From: a virus
Taxonomy: Duplodnaviria > Caudoviricetes
Direction: 5' to 3' (one strand)
Length of the DNA: 46,585 nucleotides
IMG/VR virus record: IMGVR_UViG_3300032305_001431
Location: 1 to 46,585 of that record
The notes under the pieces are model-generated. The model had not been told where the DNA came from, did not search any database, and saw only the letters and a list, made by a program, of their open reading frames with translations. How positions within the stretch are numbered: the first letter of the stretch is position 1; each line of letters starts with the position of its first letter. Shown here piece after piece: positions 26,561 to 34,306 of this stretch. The position numbers and the translations under genes are program-made.

Positions 26561-27122
26561 CTTCTTCTTTCAAATGATCGGTGTTAAATGCCTCCATGCT
26601 AATCGGCTCTTTGTTTAGTACTGAATTGATGTAACTAACCCGCTCGACTGTCGTGCCCAAATAGTCCGCCAGTTCTTTATCGGTGGGGCTGCGCTGAAGC
26701 TCTTGCGTGAGCATCCGCTCTGCGTACTTATTTTTACGAATCTCTTCGGTGATGTTGACAGGCAGGCGAATAATGTTTTTGGTGTTTGCCACCGCCCGAT
26801 TGACCTCGGTGATAATGACCTTCTTGGCATACGATGCGAACCGAATGCGCCCCATCGGTTTCCATTTTCGGGCTGCTAGGATCAATGCCTCGTTCCCAAA
26901 CCCTAACATATCCTCCATGTCCACCGAGGAGTGAGTCCAATGGGGCATCGATTTAATGACAGTGACCACGAATCTTAGATTGTGAGTTACCAGTTTCTCA
27001 AGGGCTACCTCATCCCCGTTGGCAATCTTGTGGGCTAACTCGGTTTCAATATCCCTACTAAGAGTGGGGATATTATAAAGGGATCTAAGGTAGTCAGATA
27101 GGGCATTCTTTTTGTTTTTCAA
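26553..27122 (-). CDS. Sigma-70-family factor, regions 1.2-3 only (no region 4)
   Basis: ALSDYLRSL..IPTLS, LVTHNLRFVV, GNEALILAARKW, RFASYA, IIRLPVN, R.PTDKELA, ends KEPISMEAFNTDHLKEEDE. Probable TTG start at 27122. Confidence 0.85.
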   Translation of the reverse strand: MKNKKNALSDYLRSLYNIPTLSRDIETELAHKIANGDEVALEKLVTHNLRFVVTVIKSMPHWTHSSVDMEDMLGFGNEALILAARKWKPMGRIRFASYAKKVIITEVNRAVANTKNIIRLPVNITEEIRKNKYAERMLTQELQRSPTDKELADYLGTTVERVSYINSVLNKEPISMEAFNTDHLKEEDE

Positions 27123-27298
27123 AATGGGGCATCTCCACACATGGCATGAGCGTGTTGAAACTGTTGAGCCGAGGTTGGATTCTTAAGTTTGGGCAAAACT
27201 TTTAGGGTGCAGCCTGTACGCAAAAAAGGTTCGCACTCTATGCGCGAACCCAGTTTGCGGAGTAATTCACCATCTTGGTATATTAAATATCGGAGCAT
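27119..27298 (-). CDS. Hypothetical protein
   Basis: MLRYLIYQDGELLRK...GDAPF, AGGA RBS. Confidence 0.6.
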   Translation of the reverse strand: MLRYLIYQDGELLRKLGSRIECEPFLRTGCTLKVLPKLKNPTSAQQFQHAHAMCGDAPF

Positions 27299-27302
27299 CG
27301 TC

Positions 27303-27581
27303 CTAGCGGTTCTCAACAATGACTTCAAATGACTTTAATGACATTGATCTGATTGTACCACTTTCTGTCACAAAAATCACATTGTTTTTCTCAAGATACC
27401 AGCACGCAAACGACACTGAATTGGTGCGTGAAAATGCGTAGGCTGATTTCCATTTGGGGTTACTGTTGCATGGTTTTTGGGAGAGGATCGTATGCCCACC
27501 GATTTGATTCGGCGCGATGGCATACATATCCGCATGGGCTGTACCACTCATGAGCATGAGGGCAATTAATAATTTTTTCAT
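27303..27581 (-). CDS. Exported protein with signal peptide
   Basis: MKKLLIALMLMSGTAHA| signal peptide and two Cys. Confidence 0.75.
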   Translation of the reverse strand: MKKLLIALMLMSGTAHADMYAIAPNQIGGHTILSQKPCNSNPKWKSAYAFSRTNSVSFACWYLEKNNVIFVTESGTIRSMSLKSFEVIVENR

Positions 27582-27584
27582 TGT

Positions 27585-27860
27585 CTAATCCAAAAAGTAA
27601 TTAAAAGCGATCTTGTACCAATACTCCTTGACCATTTTCTTTTGTTCTTCGGTTGCCTTGGTGATGTCCTCAATCTCCTCTGGCAGTTCCAATTGGGACA
27701 CCGCCTCACACCAATTACTATCCTCAAAGGGATCATACTGCTCCCCTGTACGCATAGATTCTATGGCATCTGAATGTGCCTTTTCTTCTTCTTGATCATA
27801 ATCGGGCTGATCATCGTAGCCCGACATTAACCATTTATCATAGCCATTCATTCTTGACAT
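27585..27860 (-). CDS. Hypothetical acidic protein
   Basis: 91 aa, AGGGGG RBS. Confidence 0.7.
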   Translation of the reverse strand: MSRMNGYDKWLMSGYDDQPDYDQEEEKAHSDAIESMRTGEQYDPFEDSNWCEAVSQLELPEEIEDITKATEEQKKMVKEYWYKIAFNYFLD

Positions 27861-27869
27861 ACTACCCCC

Positions 27870-28082
27870 TTATTGGTTTGTGAGATAAGCATAAATAAAA
27901 TATACCACTAATCCAAGGCATGGAGTGATCCACACCATGTGCCCTAAAAACTCCTTGGCATCTTCCCATTCGGTTTTGCCACGAGAGATTGTGATCGCAT
28001 AGTCGGCATCTCTGAATGCCTCACTTGCTGATCGGCAAGTACGGCCGACCATCTGATGTAGGTTTAATTCACGATTTTTCAT
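27870..28082 (-). CDS. Hypothetical protein with C-terminal TM helix
   Basis: RTCRSASEAFRDADYA, GGAGG RBS. Confidence 0.7.
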   Translation of the reverse strand: MKNRELNLHQMVGRTCRSASEAFRDADYAITISRGKTEWEDAKEFLGHMVWITPCLGLVVYFIYAYLTNQ

Positions 28083-28264
28083 TACGCAGCCCTCCTGATT
28101 CTGTAATTGTTTAACACCTTGGTAACCCCAAAATCCCAATCGGATTCTAGATCACGAGCTTTATATAATTGACCACCATCGTTGAGCAAGTTTAATACTT
28201 CTTTGGTATCCATCAAATACTCACGATGGGTATTCCAATCACTCACTAAAAATTTCTGAATCAT
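28082..28264 (-). CDS. Hypothetical protein
   Basis: 60 aa, GGAGG RBS. Confidence 0.65.
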   Translation of the reverse strand: MIQKFLVSDWNTHREYLMDTKEVLNLLNDGGQLYKARDLESDWDFGVTKVLNNYRIRRAA

Positions 28265-28458
28265 ATTGCCTCCGATAAAAAGGATTGTAAATTTTCTGTT
28301 GGTACAAATTTTAACAGTTCCGCAATGGCGGTTTCATCGCCACCATCAAGGTCTTTCTTGATCTGCTGAATTACCAAATCAATCAATGCATCTTGGTTTA
28401 CTGGCGGGTTTACTAGTTTAGTAATAAAACTTTCTACAAATTGTTGTTCCCAGTTCAT
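28261..28458 (-). CDS. Hypothetical protein
   Basis: 65 aa, GGAGG RBS. Confidence 0.7.
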   Translation of the reverse strand: MNWEQQFVESFITKLVNPPVNQDALIDLVIQQIKKDLDGGDETAIAELLKFVPTENLQSFLSEAI

Positions 28459-28631
28459 ACTGTTTCCTCCGCAATATCTCGGTTGTACATAAATTGAATT
28501 GCTGAATCGGAATACTGATTGTATCCCCCCTGTAGAAAAAATCTAGCTGAATTATCGATCTGCTCGGGATGATCAACAAGAAATTCAAGTTCTTTTTTAG
28601 TTAACTGCAATACCATTTCTTCGGTTGTCAT
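28455..28631 (-). CDS. 58-aa hypothetical protein (not in ORF track)
   Basis: MTTEEMVLQLTKKELEFL..., GGAG RBS, ATGA overlap. Confidence 0.6.
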   Translation of the reverse strand: MTTEEMVLQLTKKELEFLVDHPEQIDNSARFFLQGGYNQYSDSAIQFMYNRDIAEETV

Positions 28632-28632
28632 T

Positions 28633-29115
28633 TTATTTCTCCAAGTGTAATTTAATTGTTATGGGGCATTGAATTTCATTTTCATCGAGCCACATATATA
28701 AATCTGTTGCTCTGGGGAAATGAATTTCGCCTTTAAATGGTGCGTGCAGCCCCACTTGTTCGTACCCTTTGCCTTCGAGGTAACCTTCGATGCGACTGTA
28801 GATTTCTTTCAATCTAAAATCTTCGAGTGTAGTAAAGCAATCGTCACTCACATGATCGCCCATTGATCCATCGGATTCCAGGAAGTAGATTCCTAAATCA
28901 AAATCCTCACCTTCTTTTGGTGCTTTTGTGTACTCGTTATTGAGTAACACACCCACACCAAATTTGGGATATCTGAGGTAGTAGTGTTCGCAGTTACCAC
29001 CCGTACCAATTTCTTCCATGTATGGGTTGTTTACTGTGCCACACTTATCACACTTACCATTCGTGTGCCAAGTGTCATGCATACAGTGTACGCAAGTGTA
29101 ATGTTTTTTATCCAT
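28633..29115 (-). CDS. Hypothetical protein with N-terminal Zn ribbon
   Basis: CVHC...CDKCG, TGGNC, AAGGAG RBS. Confidence 0.7.
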   Translation of the reverse strand: MDKKHYTCVHCMHDTWHTNGKCDKCGTVNNPYMEEIGTGGNCEHYYLRYPKFGVGVLLNNEYTKAPKEGEDFDLGIYFLESDGSMGDHVSDDCFTTLEDFRLKEIYSRIEGYLEGKGYEQVGLHAPFKGEIHFPRATDLYMWLDENEIQCPITIKLHLEK

Positions 29116-29266
29116 TTGTTTTCTCCTTGTTTGCTGATTCAATAAACTGTTTGCAACATTTAATTAATAATTCTTCTGCATCTTCATAATGTATTTTACC
29201 ATCGTCCCATTGCTCATGGATATCGTTGACTGAAAAATGCAAATCATCAATGGTGTATAAAATCAT
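29108..29266 (-). CDS. Hypothetical protein
   Basis: MILYTIDDLH..., AAGGAG RBS. Confidence 0.65.
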   Translation of the reverse strand: MILYTIDDLHFSVNDIHEQWDDGKIHYEDAEELLIKCCKQFIESANKEKTNG

Positions 29267-29285
29267 ACAGTTCTCCTTTTTAAAA

Positions 29286-29450
29286 TTAAGCGTAATACGA
29301 AATGCCTTCGGGGATTGCATTGACATCTGTGCATTCCTCAAAGTGATCCACACTATGGACGGGCATACGAGTCCCGTCCACCCACACAAACACCTTACTA
29401 TCTGGTGACTCAAATGCCTGTAACGCTGATATCAGTTCTTGTATTGTCAT
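29286..29450 (-). CDS. 54-aa hypothetical protein (not in ORF track)
   Basis: MTIQELISALQAFESPDSKVFVWVDG..., ATGA overlap. Confidence 0.6.
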   Translation of the reverse strand: MTIQELISALQAFESPDSKVFVWVDGTRMPVHSVDHFEECTDVNAIPEGISYYA

Positions 29451-29812
29451 GATAATTTTTCCGTTAATTTACCTTCGTTCCACATGGCTCTAGCAAAATT
29501 AATAATGTCATCACTTACTGGGAAATCATAACTCTCGGCATGATGCTCGATCACATCGATAGGGCATTCTTGTTCTGTGGGGAAATTGTCGCCCCACAAT
29601 TCACCCCATGATTTCTCATTGGTTTTTTCTACCCAGTAATCGCACACACCGACTTCCATTGAACGCATCACCATCGCATTCATGCAATCGAGTGATAGAT
29701 AACCCCAATTGGATAGTTCATTGCGAACATCCAAAACATTCTTGTTGGGATTGTTTGCCATGTACTCCTTGATATAACTATCATCCACTTCAAATACCAT
29801 TTTGATTTTCAT
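29447..29812 (-). CDS. Hypothetical protein
   Basis: 121 aa, AAGGAG RBS. Confidence 0.7.
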   Translation of the reverse strand: MKIKMVFEVDDSYIKEYMANNPNKNVLDVRNELSNWGYLSLDCMNAMVMRSMEVGVCDYWVEKTNEKSWGELWGDNFPTEQECPIDVIEHHAESYDFPVSDDIINFARAMWNEGKLTEKLS

Positions 29813-29937
29813 AACATTCTCCTTGTAAGAACCTTAATTGTCGTACTACTGGTGCAAAAACATATAGGGATAAACCCTGGCCAAGTCAGGCCAGGGTAAA
29901 CCCGGGTCTTTGGGCTGCGGGGTATCCCTATGTATTT

Positions 29938-30141
29938 TCATACATCGACTTCTGCCACTCGCCAATCGTGGGCATTGTAGTCCTCCATGTAACCCTTCTT
30001 AACTGCGTATGCCATGCCTTTTATAAGATCAGCAAGTTCTGCCTCTGCCTCCTCACGAGTATCAAACAATTCAAGATCCTCTTCATTAGGCACTTCCCAT
30101 TCCCCACCAAAAAACAATGCCTCAATCTGGTATTTTTTCAT
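29938..30141 (-). CDS. Hypothetical protein
   Basis: 67 aa, ATGA overlap. Confidence 0.7.
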   Translation of the reverse strand: MKKYQIEALFFGGEWEVPNEEDLELFDTREEAEAELADLIKGMAYAVKKGYMEDYNAHDWRVAEVDV

Positions 30142-30341
30142 GACATCCTACGCACCCAATGCTCGCCCGTCATGCAATTGAAATTTGCTTTATCGCCAAT
30201 CTCAAGATCGTTAACTTCTTGGATGTGATCGAGATCATACCCACGATCTTCGGTAAAGTAATCCAAGGGATGATACTCAAGGATTGACATATTATTAGCA
30301 CCACGATAACCATCACCCCAAAAACATTCATACATTTTCAT
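30138..30341 (-). CDS. Hypothetical protein
   Basis: 67 aa, GGAGG RBS. Confidence 0.7.
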   Translation of the reverse strand: MKMYECFWGDGYRGANNMSILEYHPLDYFTEDRGYDLDHIQEVNDLEIGDKANFNCMTGEHWVRRMS

Positions 30342-30510
30342 TTTTTAATACCTCCATGTTTGCAGTTACATTTTCCATTTTATTGGTGCGAAAACAATTC
30401 TCAAAAATTGCCCATTTGAAATCGTACTTTTGTAATTTTGCTAAATACTCTTCCGATACTTCCAAATCAAATTGAGTATTAATTCTAATTTTATATTTCT
30501 TCTTTGCCAT
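30328..30510 (-). CDS. Hypothetical protein
   Basis: 60 aa, GGAG RBS. Confidence 0.65.
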   Translation of the reverse strand: MAKKKYKIRINTQFDLEVSEEYLAKLQKYDFKWAIFENCFRTNKMENVTANMEVLKNENV

Positions 30511-30772
30511 CGAATGCTCCCCAGTTATTTTCTACATCCATGATCTGATTAAAATCAAAATCATAGTCCAATTTACCACCTACTACTTTCCAATCTGCTT
30601 GAAAGAATGGGTACGATTCAACATATCCCTCTTCCAAATCAGGATTGGTATCCATTTCGTGTTTAATCAATTCTCTAACAGTATTCATGCTTTCACGATC
30701 ACCCAATTTGAGATTTACCCAAATTTCGCAATCGTGTTTTTCACTAAATATTGCATATGTATTGCTCATCAT
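30491..30772 (-). CDS. Hypothetical protein
   Basis: 93 aa, AAGGAG RBS. Confidence 0.7.
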   Translation of the reverse strand: MMSNTYAIFSEKHDCEIWVNLKLGDRESMNTVRELIKHEMDTNPDLEEGYVESYPFFQADWKVVGGKLDYDFDFNQIMDVENNWGAFDGKEEI

Positions 30773-30841
30773 TTACTCCTTGTAAACTTATGATCAATAT
30801 TGATCCAGTAATGCACTCATAGAATGCACTACTAGGCAACA

Positions 30842-31306
30842 TTAAATAAATAGGTATTTACCCTCGCCAAACATTTTGTTTAATTGCTTTGTTGCCAAAT
30901 CCATGTCATGGGTTTTGATTGTGCGAAATGCATTTTCGCTATCAGTCAATAACTTAAACAAAATACCCTTTTTGCGATGCTTAGACATTTCATACTCTTC
31001 TACCAATATGCCAATCGCAGTATCAGTGTCGTGATCAAAAAATTCTGTGCCATTGATCTCACCAAAACTGGATTTCCATTGCCCTAGTGATTTGACATAC
31101 TTACCCCAAACAATGGCGGAGGGTGACTCATCCCACCCGTATTGCCCACCCATAAATTTAAGATCATAAAATTTCATATCAATGCACCCACCATTGCCAT
31201 CGTTGTGGACATACGCAAATTTTTTACCATCAAGATACAAATTAAATTGGTATCCGCCACCATCATCGGTTGCCCACGATTTAAAACCCTTAATTTGAAA
31301 ATTCAT
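30842..31306 (-). CDS. Hypothetical early protein
   Basis: LYLDGKK.AYVHNDGNGGC pattern, AAGGAG RBS. Confidence 0.75.
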   Translation of the reverse strand: MNFQIKGFKSWATDDGGGYQFNLYLDGKKFAYVHNDGNGGCIDMKFYDLKFMGGQYGWDESPSAIVWGKYVKSLGQWKSSFGEINGTEFFDHDTDTAIGILVEEYEMSKHRKKGILFKLLTDSENAFRTIKTHDMDLATKQLNKMFGEGKYLFI

Positions 31307-31398
31307 AATGCTCTCCTTGTTAATTAAACAAACTACTGACTCCAACAAAAACCACTCTACAGAATGGTTTTTAGTAGATCAATAGGGGTAAACCCTAG

Positions 31399-31590
31399 TC
31401 AGGCTGCCCTAGGGGGGTTGTTGACAATTAAACCCGCACTAATCAATTGGTTTAAGGTTCTACCAAAATGCCCTTGTAACTGGTAACCCAATCGAGTGTC
31501 ATGCAAGTATTGCCAAGCCTCAAAAACTGTATCTTCGTCATCGCACTCAATAAAACCCTCTGCAATTCCTACTGCTTGATAACTATCCAT
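31399..31590 (-). CDS. Hypothetical early protein
   Basis: AWQYLHDT.L.YQLQGHFGRT...LI..G, GGAGG RBS. Confidence 0.75.
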   Translation of the reverse strand: MDSYQAVGIAEGFIECDDEDTVFEAWQYLHDTRLGYQLQGHFGRTLNQLISAGLIVNNPPRAA

Positions 31591-31592
31591 TT

Positions 31593-31934
31593 TTATACCT
31601 CCTCCATGTTAATAAAATCTTCTACAGTTTTATTTAAAACCAATTGCTTTACTTCGTCAATGGTTTCAAAATTACCTAATACTTTTGGATTGATTTGTTT
31701 GTGATCCATTGCCAAATCGAGCATTACACAATAGCGATAATACTTTTCGCCTCCATCATGACACTCGCTTAACTCTGGATTTTTGTAATCACAATAGATC
31801 ATTAAATATTGCTCGTTACCAAAATCCTTACCAATACATGGGCAAGCATCATTTTTATATGAGTAATCAGAAAACCCCTCCAATACTGGGAGGGTGTCGT
31901 CATATCGTGGGAATGCGTTTTTTACTAATGACAT
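31593..31934 (-). CDS. Hypothetical early protein
   Basis: DYSYKNDACP pattern. Confidence 0.7.
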   Translation of the reverse strand: MSLVKNAFPRYDDTLPVLEGFSDYSYKNDACPCIGKDFGNEQYLMIYCDYKNPELSECHDGGEKYYRYCVMLDLAMDHKQINPKVLGNFETIDEVKQLVLNKTVEDFINMEEV

Positions 31935-31936
31935 TG

Positions 31937-32173
31937 TTAAACCCCTTTCAATAGATTTTTTAATTCGGTTTTTAAAACCTTAGCATCGTTGCCTCTAAAG
32001 GTTGATGCATTGGCTAAAAAGTACATCACAATAGAACGGGCATCATCATTAATAAATTTATCGTTGATACTACCCAATTGAGTCATGGCATCCAAATAAG
32101 GTTTAGCACCAAAATAAGGTTTTGCCCAAACCCGTTTGATATCGTAAGCAATACTAGAAATTGATCGTTGCAT
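31937..32173 (-). CDS. Hypothetical early protein
   Basis: W.KPYFGAKPYLDAM...YFLANASTFRG..AK..K.EL, AGGAG RBS. Confidence 0.75.
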   Translation of the reverse strand: MQRSISSIAYDIKRVWAKPYFGAKPYLDAMTQLGSINDKFINDDARSIVMYFLANASTFRGNDAKVLKTELKNLLKGV

Positions 32174-32731
32174 TTTTTTACTCTCCTATATAGTGGGCAC
32201 AATTGCCCTACCCTTAAAATATCATATTGGTATAAAATTAATACTAGGATTTTCCCTATACTATCGAGGCCAGGTTTTTGATAGATTTTGACTATATCGA
32301 TTTAAAACTGGTTTTTAGGGGCATAGGGGCATTTTGATTGGGGTTGATACAAGTGCATTGGGAGGGTTACGATCGTTTAATATGGGGCATTCTGATCGTT
32401 AGGGTTTTCCCCTATGTTTTTGGCGCATTTTGGGGTTGTCAATAGGGGTTTACCCTAAGACCAGCACTACACCAAAAAATGACTCTGGTCAATAGGGGTT
32501 TACCCTAATGCTGCCATAGCATGATCGATAGATTTTAACTAAACCCTCCAAAACCGATTAAAACGAGCATAGAGCGGTTTTATGCTTAGTTGATCCATAT
32601 GCATTAGGTGGTTTGTGATCGTTGAATATGGCACGATCTGATCGTTAGGGTTTACCCTGGCCAAGTTGCCTAAAAAATAGGCAAATTAAAAATGTCAATA
32701 GGGGTTTACCCTATGGCCAGTTTTTGGGCAT

Positions 32732-32762
32732 AAAAAAACCCCTAGTAGAAAACTAGGGGTTT
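32732..32762 (-). terminator. Intrinsic terminator after GP88-like gene
   Basis: AAACCCCTAGT-tttct-ACTAGGGGTTTTTTT on the minus strand. Confidence 0.75.
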
Positions 32763-32778
32763 ATTGGGGTTTACTGGT

Positions 32779-33531
32779 TTAGATTGTATCTACCACAAAT
32801 CCGCTCGTATCCTTTTTGGCTTTACCCTTAGCATACAATGCCACAATGCTATTAGGTTTATCTAGGTGTCGAATGTCTGAATTATCCCCGCTTACTACTG
32901 GCAAACCCAAAAATTCAGTAGGTATGTGTTCTACTGATCTAAACACTGTTGCAATTCGCATTCTATTGTCAATTGCTTTTTTAACATATTTTTGAAATGT
33001 CATTACTCCACTATATGAATAAGTAAGATCATAGTTTTTTGGGATGTCAATCCGATTTGCAATTTTTGTGTAATCGTAAAATTGTACTTCGGGAAATAGA
33101 TCGAAAATTGTGATTGATCTAATTTTGCCATTCATAAATTCATAATCAAAATACACATTTTCCCATTTAATATCACTTGTGCCATTTAATCTAATCAAAA
33201 GGGTTAGATCTTGCTTTTTTGCTTGCTTGATACCCTTCTGAATATCTAATACTAAATTAAGCATAAAATTTTGACGATCATTGAAAAAATATTGGGTTTT
33301 AGCAATACGGGCATTTTGAATGCTTGTAAATGCTCCCCTACCAGCACTATACAAGCAAGCATTTTCGCATTGTGCTAATTTTGCCATTGGGCATACTTGA
33401 AAACCCGAAATGTCACTAGGGGCTAAATAGAGAATACCCGTATAAAATCCTAGGGTTTGCCCCTTAACTGTTTTGCTATTGGTATCAAACCCCAATAATG
33501 ATTTGCGTGTTACTGGTTTATTAATTTGCAT
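32779..33531 (-). CDS. GP88-like protein (three-Cys motif, radical-SAM-like)
   Basis: ILYLAP, CPMA...CENACLYSAGRG, RLNGTSDI.WE, QFYDYTK, GD.SD.R.LD, AKGKAKKDTSGFV. Confidence 0.75.
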   Translation of the reverse strand: MQINKPVTRKSLLGFDTNSKTVKGQTLGFYTGILYLAPSDISGFQVCPMAKLAQCENACLYSAGRGAFTSIQNARIAKTQYFFNDRQNFMLNLVLDIQKGIKQAKKQDLTLLIRLNGTSDIKWENVYFDYEFMNGKIRSITIFDLFPEVQFYDYTKIANRIDIPKNYDLTYSYSGVMTFQKYVKKAIDNRMRIATVFRSVEHIPTEFLGLPVVSGDNSDIRHLDKPNSIVALYAKGKAKKDTSGFVVDTI

Positions 33532-33568
33532 ATATTCACCTTGTAAATGATTAATAAAATTTACTACT

Positions 33569-33597
33569 ATCATAATTTTATTGTTTAGTTAAAGCAA
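33569..33597 (-). promoter_or_regulatory. Host sigma-70 early promoter
   Basis: TTGCTT-N17-TATGAT upstream of the GP88-like gene. Confidence 0.7.
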
Positions 33598-33667
33598 AAT
33601 ACAGATAAATAAACCCTAATAGGGTTATCCCTGGTCTTTATTGGTACATTTCTTGCTTGTCATTCTA

Positions 33668-33686
33668 GATGATAATCATTCGCATT
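33668..33686. promoter_or_regulatory. Fur box-like site
   Basis: GATGATAATCATTCGCATT. Confidence 0.65.
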
Positions 33687-33794
33687 TGCCCTATGCCTCT
33701 CGCACGCTCGTATAGCCCCATAGTGGCATTTTGTCAATTTGTGACACCTACCTATTAACTCAATGCCGATCGTGTCACTATGAGCGTTTTGGCA

Positions 33795-34098
33795 AGCACC
33801 AATTTAGTGCGCCCTGCACCAAAACAATGCAGCCCAAATTGTCAATAGGTACTTTCCCTATTAGGGTAATCCCTGGCCTGGTTGTGTGTGAGTACTTACT
33901 AACTTAGCAGATTGTTGCACTGCACCAAATTGCCATGCACCAAATTGGTGCGGCCAGGATGTGAGTGAGTGCTAACTAACTAATCTGGTCAGTAAGTGCT
34001 CACTAACTTGGCCGATGTGAGTGAGTGCTTACTTACCACATTGTTGCACTGCAACAAGTAAGTGAGTGCTTACTTCAGCTCTGCACCAAATTGGTGCA
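33795..34098. promoter_or_regulatory. Four NtrC-like boxes
   Basis: 33795 AGCACCAATTTAGTGCG, 33815 TGCACCAAAACAATGCA, 33936 TGCACCAAATTGGTGCG, 34082 TGCACCAAATTGGTGCA (consensus TGCACC-N5-GGTGCA). Confidence 0.7.
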
Positions 34099-34125
34099 TT
34101 GTCAGGTTAGTGAGTGCTTACTAAC
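33884..34125. repeat. Six copies of a 20-bp palindrome GTNAGTRAGTRCTYACTNAC
   Basis: Copies at 33884, 33961, 33988, 34017, 34058 and 34106. Confidence 0.9.
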
Positions 34126-34276
34126 CAAGGGGGGCAATTTGTTGCGCCGCACCATCCTTTTTTGACTCCCTGAGTTTCGGGCGCGGGGGTCCCACACCAA
34201 TCTCAAGGCCGTGCAAATTTCCCGATATTTTTTTATTTTTCATAATGTGGAATAAACTTGTATAGAATTAGGCTCA

Positions 34277-34295
34277 AATGATAATCATTCTCATT
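34277..34295. promoter_or_regulatory. Fur box
   Basis: AATGATAATCATTCTCATT, near-perfect 9-1-9 Fur palindrome. Confidence 0.75.
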
Positions 34296-34306
34296 TAGAA
34301 ATGCTG

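Larger units (their letters stand above)
29865..33875. repeat. Dispersed pseudo-palindrome TAGGG(G)TWWACCCT, about 12 copies
   Basis: Copies at 29865, 29892, 29919, 31383, 32245, 32400, 32443, 32493, 32646, 32699, 33620, 33846 and 33862. Confidence 0.85.

Noticed and set aside
32352-32604. FNR boxes (TTGATACAAGTGCA, TTGATCCATATGCA)
   Set aside because: Only one half-site matches TTGAT-N4-ATCAA. Kept as part of the repeated module instead
33884-34125. CRISPR array
   Set aside because: Repeats are 20 bp and degenerate, spacers range from 7 to 57 bp and consist of other recurring motifs, and there is no cas operon
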